Source: an uncultured SAR86 cluster bacterium
Lineage (GTDB): Bacteria > Pseudomonadota > Gammaproteobacteria > Magnimaribacterales > AG-339-G14
Assembly (NCBI GenBank): GCA_902595715.1
Contig: CACJRI010000006.1
Location: 8,428-72,427 of the forward strand
DNA length: 64,000 nucleotides
Reading direction: 5' to 3'
Every line of letters starts with the position of its first letter. The stretch's first letter is position 1. A model generated the notes under the pieces. The model made no database searches, had not been told where the DNA came from, and worked only from the letters and a program-made list of their open reading frames with translations. Below are positions 27,668 to 36,407 of the stretch, in pieces. A program made the position numbers and the translations under genes.

Positions 27668-29295
27668 AATCTAAACACTCCAAATCCTTCTGATCCTTTA
27701 ACTTCTTTATTATTAACAATCGATAAACACATTCCCAATACATTTCTTGTATCTCGGGGATCTATAATTCCATCATCACTAATAACGCTAGTAGCTCTTA
27801 AAGCTTTGGAACCCTTGTCATGAGAGATTTGCTGATTTTTGACAATTTCTGCGTCAGCTTTTTCATCAAATTTAAGACCTTTTCTTGCAGCTTGACCTCT
27901 TCTTACGATAGACATCACTCCAGCGATAACTTCACCACCCATGACTGCAATTTTTGCCGTTGGCCATAGAAAAGTGAAAGAATTTCCAAATTCTCTGCCA
28001 GACATTGCGTAAGTTCCAGCACCATATGAATTTCCTACTATCACAGTAAGATGAGGAACATTTGAGTTTGAAACAGCATTTAACATTTGAGCTCCTTTTT
28101 TTATGGAACCATCTTGTTCATAATCTTTCCCGACCATAAATCCAGTGATATTTTGTAGAAAGACTAAAGGTAAATTTCTCTTGTTACATAGTTGAATGAA
28201 GTGGGCTGCTTTTTGAGAAGCATCAGGAAAAAGCATACCGTTATTTCCTAGCACACCAACTGGATATCCATGAATGGAAATAAAACCACAAATTATTGTC
28301 GGTCCAAAAAGCGGTTTGAATTCTTCGAACTTCGATCCGTCAGAGATACGACCGATTATTTCTCTGATATCAAAAGGAGTCTTTAAACTTGGCTCAATAA
28401 TCCCTAATAAGTCTTCTTGACTGTATTTTGGAGGAGCTATTTCAAATCGAGGATTATTTCCTTCCTTATCCCAATTTAAATGGGACATTACTTCTCGAGC
28501 AATTCTTATTCCATCTAAATCATCCTCAGCCAAATATTCAGCTAAACCAGATTTTTCAGCATGCATTTTTGCTCCTCCAATATCTTCTCTGGAAGAAATC
28601 TCTCCAGTTGCCATTTGAACTAAAGGCGGGCCTGCGAGTGCAACATCTGCTTGGTTTTTAACAAAAATATTATAGTCCGACATCCCAGGTTGATAAGCTC
28701 CACCGGCGGTAGCAGTTCCGAAAGCAACAGTTACTGTTGGAATGTTTAGTTTTGAAAGCTCTGTAATTTCATAAAATTGTCTACCTGATTCAGCAAAATG
28801 ACCCATTCCACCAACAGCAGCTCCAGCTCTTGGACGTAAATCACCTCCAGCAGATTCAACAAATTGAATGAAAGGAATTCGACAATCTCGTGCAATTTGC
28901 ATACATCTCATCCATTTCTTTACAGAGTAAAAATGCATTGCACCTGCTAGAACAGTAGGATCATTTGCAAATATTACACATTCGATTCCTGAAGATACTC
29001 CAATTCCAGCAAAAGCACCCCCGCCGATAGGGTATTCAGATTTATAAGCCGCTAAACCGCTAATTTCTAAAAAGGGACTATCCGGATCCAAGAAGTGAAA
29101 AACTCTCTCTCGAACAGGAAGCTTCCCCCTAGCCGCCAATCTTTTATGATGATCTGGACCACCGCCTGCTTCAGCTTCATCTAGTAGTTCATTTAATTCA
29201 GAAATCATCTCAAGCATAGATGACTTATTATTTTCAAATTCTTCAGAATTTAAATTAAGTTTTGATTGAAAGGGTTGAGATTCAAGTTGTTTCAT
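27664..29295 (-). CDS. Acyl-CoA carboxylase carboxyltransferase (beta) subunit, MccB/AtuC type
   Basis: 543 aa carboxyl transferase domain (..FANDPTV.AG.., GPPLV..ATGE, AVMGGE). Overlaps the alpha subunit gene by 4 nt. Confidence 0.9.
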   Translation of the reverse strand: MKQLESQPFQSKLNLNSEEFENNKSSMLEMISELNELLDEAEAGGGPDHHKRLAARGKLPVRERVFHFLDPDSPFLEISGLAAYKSEYPIGGGAFAGIGVSSGIECVIFANDPTVLAGAMHFYSVKKWMRCMQIARDCRIPFIQFVESAGGDLRPRAGAAVGGMGHFAESGRQFYEITELSKLNIPTVTVAFGTATAGGAYQPGMSDYNIFVKNQADVALAGPPLVQMATGEISSREDIGGAKMHAEKSGLAEYLAEDDLDGIRIAREVMSHLNWDKEGNNPRFEIAPPKYSQEDLLGIIEPSLKTPFDIREIIGRISDGSKFEEFKPLFGPTIICGFISIHGYPVGVLGNNGMLFPDASQKAAHFIQLCNKRNLPLVFLQNITGFMVGKDYEQDGSIKKGAQMLNAVSNSNVPHLTVIVGNSYGAGTYAMSGREFGNSFTFLWPTAKIAVMGGEVIAGVMSIVRRGQAARKGLKFDEKADAEIVKNQQISHDKGSKALRATSVISDDGIIDPRDTRNVLGMCLSIVNNKEVKGSEGFGVFRL

Positions 29296-29365
29296 TAATA
29301 CTTTATAAAGAAAAAAATATGCACTAATTTTTTCATATTGTCCATTTGATTATGTTTAATTTGGG

Positions 29366-29371
29366 TATAAT
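29366..29371 (+). promoter_or_regulatory. Candidate -10 element (TATAAT) for tRNA-Val
   Basis: Perfect TATAAT 12 nt upstream of the mature tRNA 5' end. No convincing -35 at 16-18 nt. Confidence 0.3.
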
Positions 29372-29382
29372 GCATCTCTTTT

Positions 29383-29458
29383 GGGCGACTAACTCAATTG
29401 GTAGAGTGCCACCCTTACAAGGTGGAAGTTACAGGTTCAAGTCCTGTGTCGCCCACCA
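29383..29458 (+). tRNA. tRNA-Val (anticodon UAC)
   Basis: Cloverleaf drawn by hand: acceptor GGGCGAC/GTCGCCC, anticodon stem CCACC/GGTGG with loop CTTACAA, T-arm ACAGG-TTCAAGT-CCTGT, encoded CCA. Confidence 0.95.
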
Positions 29459-29513
29459 TCTAAAAACATCATTTTTTAATTGGCATATTTTTTTAGAGTG
29501 TTAAATTAACTTT

Positions 29514-31109
29514 GTGAATAAATACAGAAGAAAATTTCTTAAAAGTTTAGCCTTACTTTTACTCTTTTTACCCATACGTATTTTTCCCTCGCTAAATAAA
29601 GAATCGGTTATTTCTTTTAAGTATGGTGTGGCAAGTGGGGATCCTACAAATACTAATGTAATTTTATGGACAAAAATCTTACCAATGGGTAACTCAGAAA
29701 TTCGAGTTAGGTGGGAAGTTTCAAGTACTAATGATTTTTCAAACCTCATTAGCTATGGACATGTCAGGACAAATTCTAAAAAAGACTATTCGGTGAAGGT
29801 TGATGCAAAGATTCCAAAACAATTCAATGGTAAAAAGCTTTATTACCGATTCTTAGCAGACGGTAAAACTTCTGATACTGGAATGACCTCCACATTACCA
29901 AATGAAAATCCAAATAATTTTAATATTGCTTTTTGCAGCTGCTCAAATTATCCAGCAGGATATTTTAATGCTTACAAAGAGATAGCAAAAAATAAAAAAA
30001 TAGATTTAGTCCTTCATCTCGGAGACTATCTCTATGAATATGGTCATGGTGGTTATGCCTCAAAAGATGCAGAACAAATGGGCAGAGTCGTAAATCCAAA
30101 ACATGAAATGGTTTCATTAGATGATTATCGAAAAAGGTATGCGACTTATAGATCTGATTCCGATCTGAAATTATTACATCAAAAAAAACCTATGATTTCT
30201 GTTTGGGACGATCATGAATTTACTAATGATAGTTGGCAGAAAGGAGCTCAAAACCATTCAAAGGACGAAGGAACATTTGCTAATAGAAAAAAGAATGCTT
30301 TGCAGGCTTATTACGAATGGATGCCAATTCGTGAGAAAGGTAGAAAAGATAAAATTTGGAGAAATTTTAGAGTTGGGAATCTATTAAATTTGATGATGTT
30401 GGATACTAGGTCCTACGAAAGAGATAGACAATTGGACATAGAAAAATACTTTAGTGGAAACTCTTTTAATAAAAATTCTTATTTAAAAGATCTTAACAGA
30501 CCAAGAAAACTTCTTGGCAAAGAGCAATTCAACTGGATAAGAACAAAAGTAGATAATTCTTTTAAGTGGTCTATTTTTGGACAGCAAATTTTAATAGGAC
30601 CAAAATATTTACCTAAGATATTTCAAGCTGTTGATAAAGAAAACTTCCCCAAGTTTCTTCATAAATATTTATCATTAGCTGGCACTGAGATTCCATATAA
30701 TACTGATCAATGGGATGGATACCCCAAAGAAAGAGAAAAGTTTTACAAAGCTATAAGTAATTCTCAATCCAACCTCATTCTTGCCGGAGATTCACATAAC
30801 TCTTGGCTTTCAAATTTATTTGATAAAAATAATAACTTTGTTGGTATTGAAATAGGAGCTCCCTCTATCTCATCTCCAAACTTTGTTGATACATTCGGAG
30901 AATTTACAGACTCTCTAGACAAATCATTTGTTGACTCTAACAAAGATCTTATTTGGACTAATGGAAAGAATAAAGGCTATGTAGAACTTAATATTTATTC
31001 AGAATATGTAAATGTTAAATTCAATTTTGTTTCTTCGGTTAAGTCTAAAAATTATATAAATTTAAAGCCTGTAACTTTCAAAATTAATCATAGCGAAGCT
31101 ATCACTTAG
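29514..31109 (+). CDS. phoD: Alkaline phosphatase D family (PhoD), Tat-exported
   Basis: Twin-arginine signal YRRKFLKS, then GVASGDP, HLGDYLYEY, WDDHEF and GDSHNSW metallophosphatase motifs. GTG start. Confidence 0.85.
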   Translation: MNKYRRKFLKSLALLLLFLPIRIFPSLNKESVISFKYGVASGDPTNTNVILWTKILPMGNSEIRVRWEVSSTNDFSNLISYGHVRTNSKKDYSVKVDAKIPKQFNGKKLYYRFLADGKTSDTGMTSTLPNENPNNFNIAFCSCSNYPAGYFNAYKEIAKNKKIDLVLHLGDYLYEYGHGGYASKDAEQMGRVVNPKHEMVSLDDYRKRYATYRSDSDLKLLHQKKPMISVWDDHEFTNDSWQKGAQNHSKDEGTFANRKKNALQAYYEWMPIREKGRKDKIWRNFRVGNLLNLMMLDTRSYERDRQLDIEKYFSGNSFNKNSYLKDLNRPRKLLGKEQFNWIRTKVDNSFKWSIFGQQILIGPKYLPKIFQAVDKENFPKFLHKYLSLAGTEIPYNTDQWDGYPKEREKFYKAISNSQSNLILAGDSHNSWLSNLFDKNNNFVGIEIGAPSISSPNFVDTFGEFTDSLDKSFVDSNKDLIWTNGKNKGYVELNIYSEYVNVKFNFVSSVKSKNYINLKPVTFKINHSEAIT

Positions 31110-31157
31110 ATATGGTTTTTATATTATCTTTGTAAGTTACTTTCCTTTCATACTATG

Positions 31158-31163
31158 TATAAT
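31158..31163 (+). promoter_or_regulatory. Candidate -10 element (TATAAT) for tRNA-Asp/panD
   Basis: TATAAT preceded by TG, 14 nt upstream of the tRNA-Asp 5' end. The -35 is weak. Confidence 0.35.
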
Positions 31164-31177
31164 TGTTTTCCTAAATT

Positions 31178-31256
31178 GGACCGGTAGTTCAGTTCTGGTT
31201 AGAACGCCGCCCTGTCACGGCGGAGGTCGCGGGTTCGAGCCCCGTCCGGTCCGCCA
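31178..31256 (+). tRNA. tRNA-Asp (anticodon GUC)
   Basis: Acceptor GGACCGG/CCGGTCC, anticodon stem CCGCC/GGCGG with loop CTGTCAC, T-arm GCGGG-TTCGAGC-CCCGT, discriminator G, encoded CCA. Confidence 0.95.
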
Positions 31257-31263
31257 TTAAAAA

Positions 31264-31593
31264 ATGTACATTACTGTTCTTAAATCTAAGTTACATAGAG
31301 TAAAAGTTTCTTCTACAAACATAGACTATGATGGTTCTTGCGGAATTGATAAGGACTGGATGGATGTTCTTGATATAAAAGAATATGAACAAGTTCATAT
31401 TTATAATATTTCAAATGGGAAGAGATTTGTTACCTATGCCTTTTCTGAAGAGGCTGGAAGCAAAAAGATTTCTATAAATGGTGCTGCTGCCCATAAAGCA
31501 AATACTGGAGATTTAATAATTGTATGTACCTACATGATGGGCAGTAAAGATGATAAATTTCAAGAACCAAAAATTTTAAAAATCGAAGATTAG
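31264..31593 (+). CDS. panD: Aspartate 1-decarboxylase proenzyme
   Basis: LKSKLHRVKV....DYDGSCGID with the Gly-Ser self-cleavage site, and NGAAAH. 109 aa. Confidence 0.9.
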   Translation: MYITVLKSKLHRVKVSSTNIDYDGSCGIDKDWMDVLDIKEYEQVHIYNISNGKRFVTYAFSEEAGSKKISINGAAAHKANTGDLIIVCTYMMGSKDDKFQEPKILKIED

Positions 31594-31602
31594 GAGATAA
31601 GG

Positions 31603-32403
31603 ATGAAAATTGAGGAACTGTTTTCAGTAAAAGACAAGGTTGCTGTTGTCACTGGTGGATCTAGAGGAATAGGTGAAATGATTGCATCCGCATATTTGGC
31701 AAACGGTGCAACTGTTTATATTACTTCCAGAAAGGCTGATGTTTGTGACGCAAAAGCAATAGAACTCTCAGAAAGATATAACGCTCAATGTACATCTCTC
31801 CCATCTGACCTATCTTCTTTAGAAGGAATAGAGAAGTTTGTAAATGAAGTAGAGGCGTTAGAATCTGGAATTGATATTTTGGTAAATAATGCAGGAGCTG
31901 CATGGGCAGAACCTATAGATGTTTTCTCAGAAAAAGGGTGGGATAAGGTGATGGATTTGAATGTCAAAAGTGTATTTTTCTCGACTCAGAAATTTCTTCC
32001 TTTGCTAAAGAAAAAGGCTTCAAGAGAAGAACCTTCTAGAGTTATCAACATAGGTTCAATTGATGGTATCGGAACTCCTGTTTTTGAAACATACCCTTAC
32101 AGTGCTTCAAAAGCTTCGGTTCATCATATGACAAGAGTTCTTGCAGCCAGACTTGTTAGAGAAAATATTTTAGTGAATGCCATTGCTCCAGGACCTTTTC
32201 CTAGCGATATGCTGGGTTCAGCAGTGGCCCATAATTATGAGGGTATTATTTCTAGAAACCCAGTCCATAGAATGGGAAGAGCCGAAGATGTAGGTGGTTT
32301 AGCTTTATATCTATCATCAAAAGCAGGTTCTTACACTGTAGGAGAAACTATTACTTGCGATGGTGGAACTATTTCTGCAACTGGCCACGATTTAAGTGAA
32401 TAA
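31603..32403 (+). CDS. Short-chain dehydrogenase/reductase (SDR)
   Basis: TGGSRGIG cofactor motif, NNAG, and catalytic S...YSASK. SD AGGAGA upstream. Confidence 0.85.
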   Translation: MKIEELFSVKDKVAVVTGGSRGIGEMIASAYLANGATVYITSRKADVCDAKAIELSERYNAQCTSLPSDLSSLEGIEKFVNEVEALESGIDILVNNAGAAWAEPIDVFSEKGWDKVMDLNVKSVFFSTQKFLPLLKKKASREEPSRVINIGSIDGIGTPVFETYPYSASKASVHHMTRVLAARLVRENILVNAIAPGPFPSDMLGSAVAHNYEGIISRNPVHRMGRAEDVGGLALYLSSKAGSYTVGETITCDGGTISATGHDLSE

Positions 32404-32428
32404 AAAAACCCCGTCATTTCTGACGGGG
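32402..32428 (-). terminator. Rho-independent terminator (minus-strand sense)
   Basis: Minus-strand sense reads CCCCGTCA-GAAA-TGACGGGG followed by T7. In plus sense the hairpin is not followed by a T tract. Confidence 0.75.
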
Positions 32429-32644
32429 CTTAAGAATAAGTATTTCAACTTAATTCTTACCTTAAGCGGGCGAACCGGCAAAAGGTCGGAATCGGGTTAA
32501 CCCGTTGTCAAGAGGCTCCCCCTGAAATTCCTGCTAATTCGTTAATACTAATTTGGACCACCTCCTTCACAGGGTAAGAATAAAACGCACTTTACTAGGA
32601 ACCCCTGATATTGAACCTAAGTGCAACACTTGAAAATTATTTTA
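32429..32644 (-). ncRNA. Candidate structured non-coding RNA or structured 3' UTR (unassigned family)
   Basis: No ORF on either strand, GC clearly above the flanking DNA, several mutually consistent or competing helices, four CAGG(G/A)/AAGGA motifs, and a dedicated minus-strand terminator at the end. Confidence 0.4.
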
Positions 32645-34084
32645 CTATAAGACCAGAGGGTAATAAAAGACCGACAAAAGAAGGATATATAGAAATGAAA
32701 TTATATTAATAAAAATACCTGCTCTAACCATTTGTTGAATGGGTACTAAGTTTGAAGCAAATACAATCGAGTTAGGAGGAGTTGCAACAGGCAACATAAA
32801 AGCACAACTAGCAACAATTGTAAGAGGCAAAGTAAGGAGTAAAGGATTTATATCTAGATTGAAACCTACACTAGCAATTACAGGCATAAAAGTAATAGTC
32901 GTTGTGAGATTGCTTGTTAGCTCTGTAAGTAACAAGACCAACAATATAATTAAGGCAACTACGATAATGGGATTAACATCTGAAGGAATCAAATTAGCTA
33001 ACCATGAAGCAAGACCGGTAGAATTTACTTCGTAAGCCAGGGCCATACCTCCCCCGAATAAAAAGATCAGTCCCCATGGAAATTTTTGCTGTAAATCATC
33101 CCAATTGAGTAAATAATCTTCCTTGTTTTTAGAACTCACAAAGAATAGTGATATCCCGCCGATCATTGCAATGACAGCATCTTCTAAAAATCCTAGTCCT
33201 GGTAAATCGTCTAATAATTTTCTGAACACCCAGCAAAAAGCTGTAATTGAGAAAATAATTGCAACCATTTTTTGCTCTGAAGTCATGGTTCCTAAATCTT
33301 CTAGCATTGTCCTTAGTTTAGAATTTGTTTCTGGAGAAGCTTTGAAATTTATTGGAAAAATTAAAGAGGTCAAGATGATCCAAACAAGAGGCACCATGAC
33401 AAGAGTTACTGGAAGTCCTATTGCTAACCAACTAATAAAACCTATGTCTTGGTTGAAATTATCATTTGCATATTGAATCAAATAACCATTTGGAGAGGTG
33501 CCAATTGGAGTTGAAATTCCACCAAGAGAAGCTGAATATGCAATTCCAAGCAGCAGGGCAAATTGAAAGTTTTTACTTTCACCGGGAAGCAAGTCTTTTA
33601 CAGTCTCATTGATTACAGCTATAACTGATATTCCAATGGGTAAAAGCATAATAGCAGTCGAAGTATTCATAACCCACATACTTAAAATGGCACTTGTTAG
33701 CATGAAAGCAGCTATGATGTTTTTTGCTTGTAAACCGCTATATTTTAAAATATTGAGTGCAATTCTTTTGTGTAAATTCCACTTCTGCATCGCAATTCCG
33801 ATCATAAAACCACCAGCAAAAAGAAATTGAACCTTATTCATATATTCTTTACTGATTATTCCAATTGGATCTATTCCCAATAAAGGAAAAAAAATCAAAG
33901 GTAATAGAGCAGTTGCATAAAGAGGCATTGCTTCCGTGGCCCACCAAATCCCCATTAATAAAAAAATTGCTGCAGTTAACTTTCCTTCGGTTGATAATCC
34001 TTCTGGGGCAGGCAAGAAATAGATGCAAACAAAAATTGCAAGTCCTATCCAAAAACCTATTTTTTTGGCATTAAATGAATTCAT
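32645..34084 (-). CDS. DASS/SLC13-family anion:sodium symporter (di/tricarboxylate or sulfate type)
   Basis: 479 aa, multi-pass. Duplicated hairpin motifs SNLTTT and ATPPNSIVF are typical of the DASS family. Confidence 0.85.
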   Translation of the reverse strand: MNSFNAKKIGFWIGLAIFVCIYFLPAPEGLSTEGKLTAAIFLLMGIWWATEAMPLYATALLPLIFFPLLGIDPIGIISKEYMNKVQFLFAGGFMIGIAMQKWNLHKRIALNILKYSGLQAKNIIAAFMLTSAILSMWVMNTSTAIMLLPIGISVIAVINETVKDLLPGESKNFQFALLLGIAYSASLGGISTPIGTSPNGYLIQYANDNFNQDIGFISWLAIGLPVTLVMVPLVWIILTSLIFPINFKASPETNSKLRTMLEDLGTMTSEQKMVAIIFSITAFCWVFRKLLDDLPGLGFLEDAVIAMIGGISLFFVSSKNKEDYLLNWDDLQQKFPWGLIFLFGGGMALAYEVNSTGLASWLANLIPSDVNPIIVVALIILLVLLLTELTSNLTTTITFMPVIASVGFNLDINPLLLTLPLTIVASCAFMLPVATPPNSIVFASNLVPIQQMVRAGIFINIISFLYILLLSVFYYPLVL

Positions 34085-34140
34085 TTAAAATACTTAGTAT
34101 AGTTTCGTCCATAATATGCTGAATTTATCTAAAAATAACA

Positions 34141-35007
34141 ATGACTAAATATGTTTTGTCCATAGATGGAGGAGGTGTGAGAGGTCTAGCTTCCGCAACT
34201 TTTTTAAGCGAATTAGACAAAGCAGTTCCAAAGAAACTTTCTGAAAGTTTTGATTTGATTGTAGGAACTTCTACAGGAGGCATTATCGCACTAGCTATAT
34301 CAATTCTTGATTTACAAAAGGATGATTTAATAGAGATTTACTCTAAAAAAAATATAAAAAAAATCTTTTCCCCTTTTAGGTACAGAATTCTAGGTTCTAA
34401 ATATGCGGGCAAGGTAAAAAGAAAAGTATTTGAAGATTATTTCAAAACAGAAACGCTTAGTGCGGCAAATATTCCAACAATGATCACAGCTTTTGATTTA
34501 GAAAAAAGAAGGGTAAAGATGTTTAAATCATGGACAGAAGGGTATTTACCTGCAAGAAGAGTTGCCGCAGCAACTTCTGCAGCTCCAACATATTTTCCAG
34601 CTGAATCTATTGAAGGCCAATGGTACATTGATGGTGCAGTATCTACCAACAATCCAGTATTGATTGCTTATGCTGAAGCGAAAAAGTTATGGCCTAACGA
34701 AGAGATTAAAGTTTTGAGCGTTGGAACCGGTTATAACTCTAAAAGATTAGATGGAAGACGCGCTAGAAAATGGGGTTCAATTTCTTGGTTGAATGCTGGA
34801 ATCATTCAAATTCTCATGGAATCAAATATCGAGCATGTCATTGCGCAATCTCTTATTAAAGAAAATTATTTGAGAGTAGATTCGTCTTTATCAGGTATTA
34901 AGTCTTCTTTTGATAACACATCAAAAAGAAATCTAAATTCCATAAAACTTTTGGGAGAAAGTTGGTGGAAAAAATTTGGAGATAAATCACTTAACTTCAT
35001 TTCTTAA
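34141..35007 (+). CDS. Patatin-like phospholipase
   Basis: GGGVRG oxyanion motif, GTSTGG nucleophile elbow, and DGA(V) catalytic Asp. Confidence 0.85.
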   Translation: MTKYVLSIDGGGVRGLASATFLSELDKAVPKKLSESFDLIVGTSTGGIIALAISILDLQKDDLIEIYSKKNIKKIFSPFRYRILGSKYAGKVKRKVFEDYFKTETLSAANIPTMITAFDLEKRRVKMFKSWTEGYLPARRVAAATSAAPTYFPAESIEGQWYIDGAVSTNNPVLIAYAEAKKLWPNEEIKVLSVGTGYNSKRLDGRRARKWGSISWLNAGIIQILMESNIEHVIAQSLIKENYLRVDSSLSGIKSSFDNTSKRNLNSIKLLGESWWKKFGDKSLNFIS

Positions 35008-35015
35008 GATTTCAT

Positions 35016-36020
35016 ATGAATAAGATTTTAGTTTTAGGCGGAGGTTCATGGGGCACAACATTAGGCAATCTTTTGGCAGAGAAAGATCATAATGTGTCTT
35101 TGTGGGCAAGAAATTCAAAAATATTCAAAAAAGTTAAAAACAATTGGGTGAATAATCTCTATCTTCCAAAATATAAGCTTTCACGAAATTTAAAAATTGT
35201 TTCAAATTTAAAGGATGCTTTTAAAGATGTAGAACTTGTAATCATTGCAATTCCATCAAAAGGTTTTAGGTCAATTTCATCGAAAATTTCTAAATACTTA
35301 GATAATCAAAAGATTTTGATTGCATCCAAAGGCATTGAAAACAAATCTTTTATGACAATGAGTGAAGTATTTATAGATGAAACAAATTATTTAAAGAAAA
35401 ATATCATGGTTCTCTCAGGTCCAAATATTGCTGATGAAATTATGAGAAAAAATATATCTGCATCAGTAATAGCAGGAAGCGATAAAAAATCTCTGAACCA
35501 TGTTTCAGATCTTTTTAATAGTGATTTTTTTAAAATATTTTTATCAAATGATACTAAAGGAATAGAAATGGCCGGAGCTTTAAAAAATTTGTATGCAATA
35601 TGTTCTGGTTTATCTGATGGGTTGGGTTTTGAATCAAACACAAAAGCTATGTTGCTGACAAGATCTTTGTCAGAGATGTCAGAACTTTTTAAGAAAATTA
35701 ATGCTAATCCTTTAACTCTTCTGGGCCTATCTGGAGTTGGAGATTTAATAGCCACAAGTAGTTCTCAAAATAGTAGAAATTATTCTTTTGGAAAGCTTTT
35801 AGGTAAAGGAAATAGCCCTTCTAAGGCTTTATCTTTAGTAAAACAGTCTGTAGAAGGGCATAGAACCTTAAAAGTCCTCTATCTAGAAAAAAATAAGCTT
35901 TCTTTGAATATGCCTATAATTGATGCTTTATACAAGATTGTTTACTTAAAAAAAGATCCAAAAAAATGTTTTTTAAAGTTTATCCATGAAAGTGGTAATA
36001 TTGACACCGCTTATGACTGA
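35016..36020 (+). CDS. gpsA: NAD(P)H-dependent glycerol-3-phosphate dehydrogenase
   Basis: GGGSWGT Rossmann motif, SGPN.A.E, ALKN..A...G and GDL..T motifs. Confidence 0.9.
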   Translation: MNKILVLGGGSWGTTLGNLLAEKDHNVSLWARNSKIFKKVKNNWVNNLYLPKYKLSRNLKIVSNLKDAFKDVELVIIAIPSKGFRSISSKISKYLDNQKILIASKGIENKSFMTMSEVFIDETNYLKKNIMVLSGPNIADEIMRKNISASVIAGSDKKSLNHVSDLFNSDFFKIFLSNDTKGIEMAGALKNLYAICSGLSDGLGFESNTKAMLLTRSLSEMSELFKKINANPLTLLGLSGVGDLIATSSSQNSRNYSFGKLLGKGNSPSKALSLVKQSVEGHRTLKVLYLEKNKLSLNMPIIDALYKIVYLKKDPKKCFLKFIHESGNIDTAYD

Positions 36021-36360
36021 AAAAAATGAAGATTCTTCGGTAATTGCCGAAGTTGAAAAAGAAGAAAAGAAGAATTTTAAAGATGTCATACCTGAAAAGG
36101 TTAAACATCCTTCTACTTGGATTACAGCTGGTTTAGTTGTTTTCTATCTTTTCTTGTTAGGATTCTTGGACTTAGTCTTATGGATTATTGCAGGGACGCA
36201 ATTCTTATTTACCTTATTTACAAAAGAACCGAATTCGCATTTATCAACTTTTTCGATTAAATTAAGGAATTACATTGTTCAAATAATTGATTTTGTAACA
36301 TATAGTAGTCAAGAAAGACCTTTTCCTTTTAATCCCTTACCTGAAGAAGATAATGATTAA
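36013..36360 (+). CDS. Small membrane protein, DUF4389-like
   Basis: Two TM helices followed by an F..Y...ERPFPF tail, as in DUF4389. ATG 36013 overlaps the gpsA end by 8 nt (the ORF is open from 35986). Confidence 0.55.
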   Translation: MTEKNEDSSVIAEVEKEEKKNFKDVIPEKVKHPSTWITAGLVVFYLFLLGFLDLVLWIIAGTQFLFTLFTKEPNSHLSTFSIKLRNYIVQIIDFVTYSSQERPFPFNPLPEEDND

Positions 36361-36407
36361 AAGTTATAAAAAAGTCTGTAAAATATAACTGTTTTAAAGG
36401 ATTAATA

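Noticed and set aside
29459-29513. Pho box upstream of phoD
   Set aside because: No CTGTCAT-type direct repeats are present in the 55-nt leader, so regulation cannot be inferred from sequence.
32516-32570. Strong Shine-Dalgarno-like AAGGAGGTG on the minus strand, possibly heading a micro-ORF
   Set aside because: There is no ATG, GTG or TTG at a workable distance. The only options are GTG at 0-nt spacing or an ATT codon, giving 15-17 codons. It was therefore treated as an RNA motif, not a CDS.
32404-32644. Assignment of the GC-rich island to SRP (4.5S) RNA, 6S RNA, RNase P RNA or tmRNA
   Set aside because: I found no GGAA-tetraloop/AGCA symmetric-loop arrangement (SRP), no P4 GAGGAAAGTCC element (RNase P), and no tRNA-like acceptor/T-arm with resume codon (tmRNA). 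The ends do not form the long closing helix around a central bubble expected of 6S. Only a covariance-model search can settle this.
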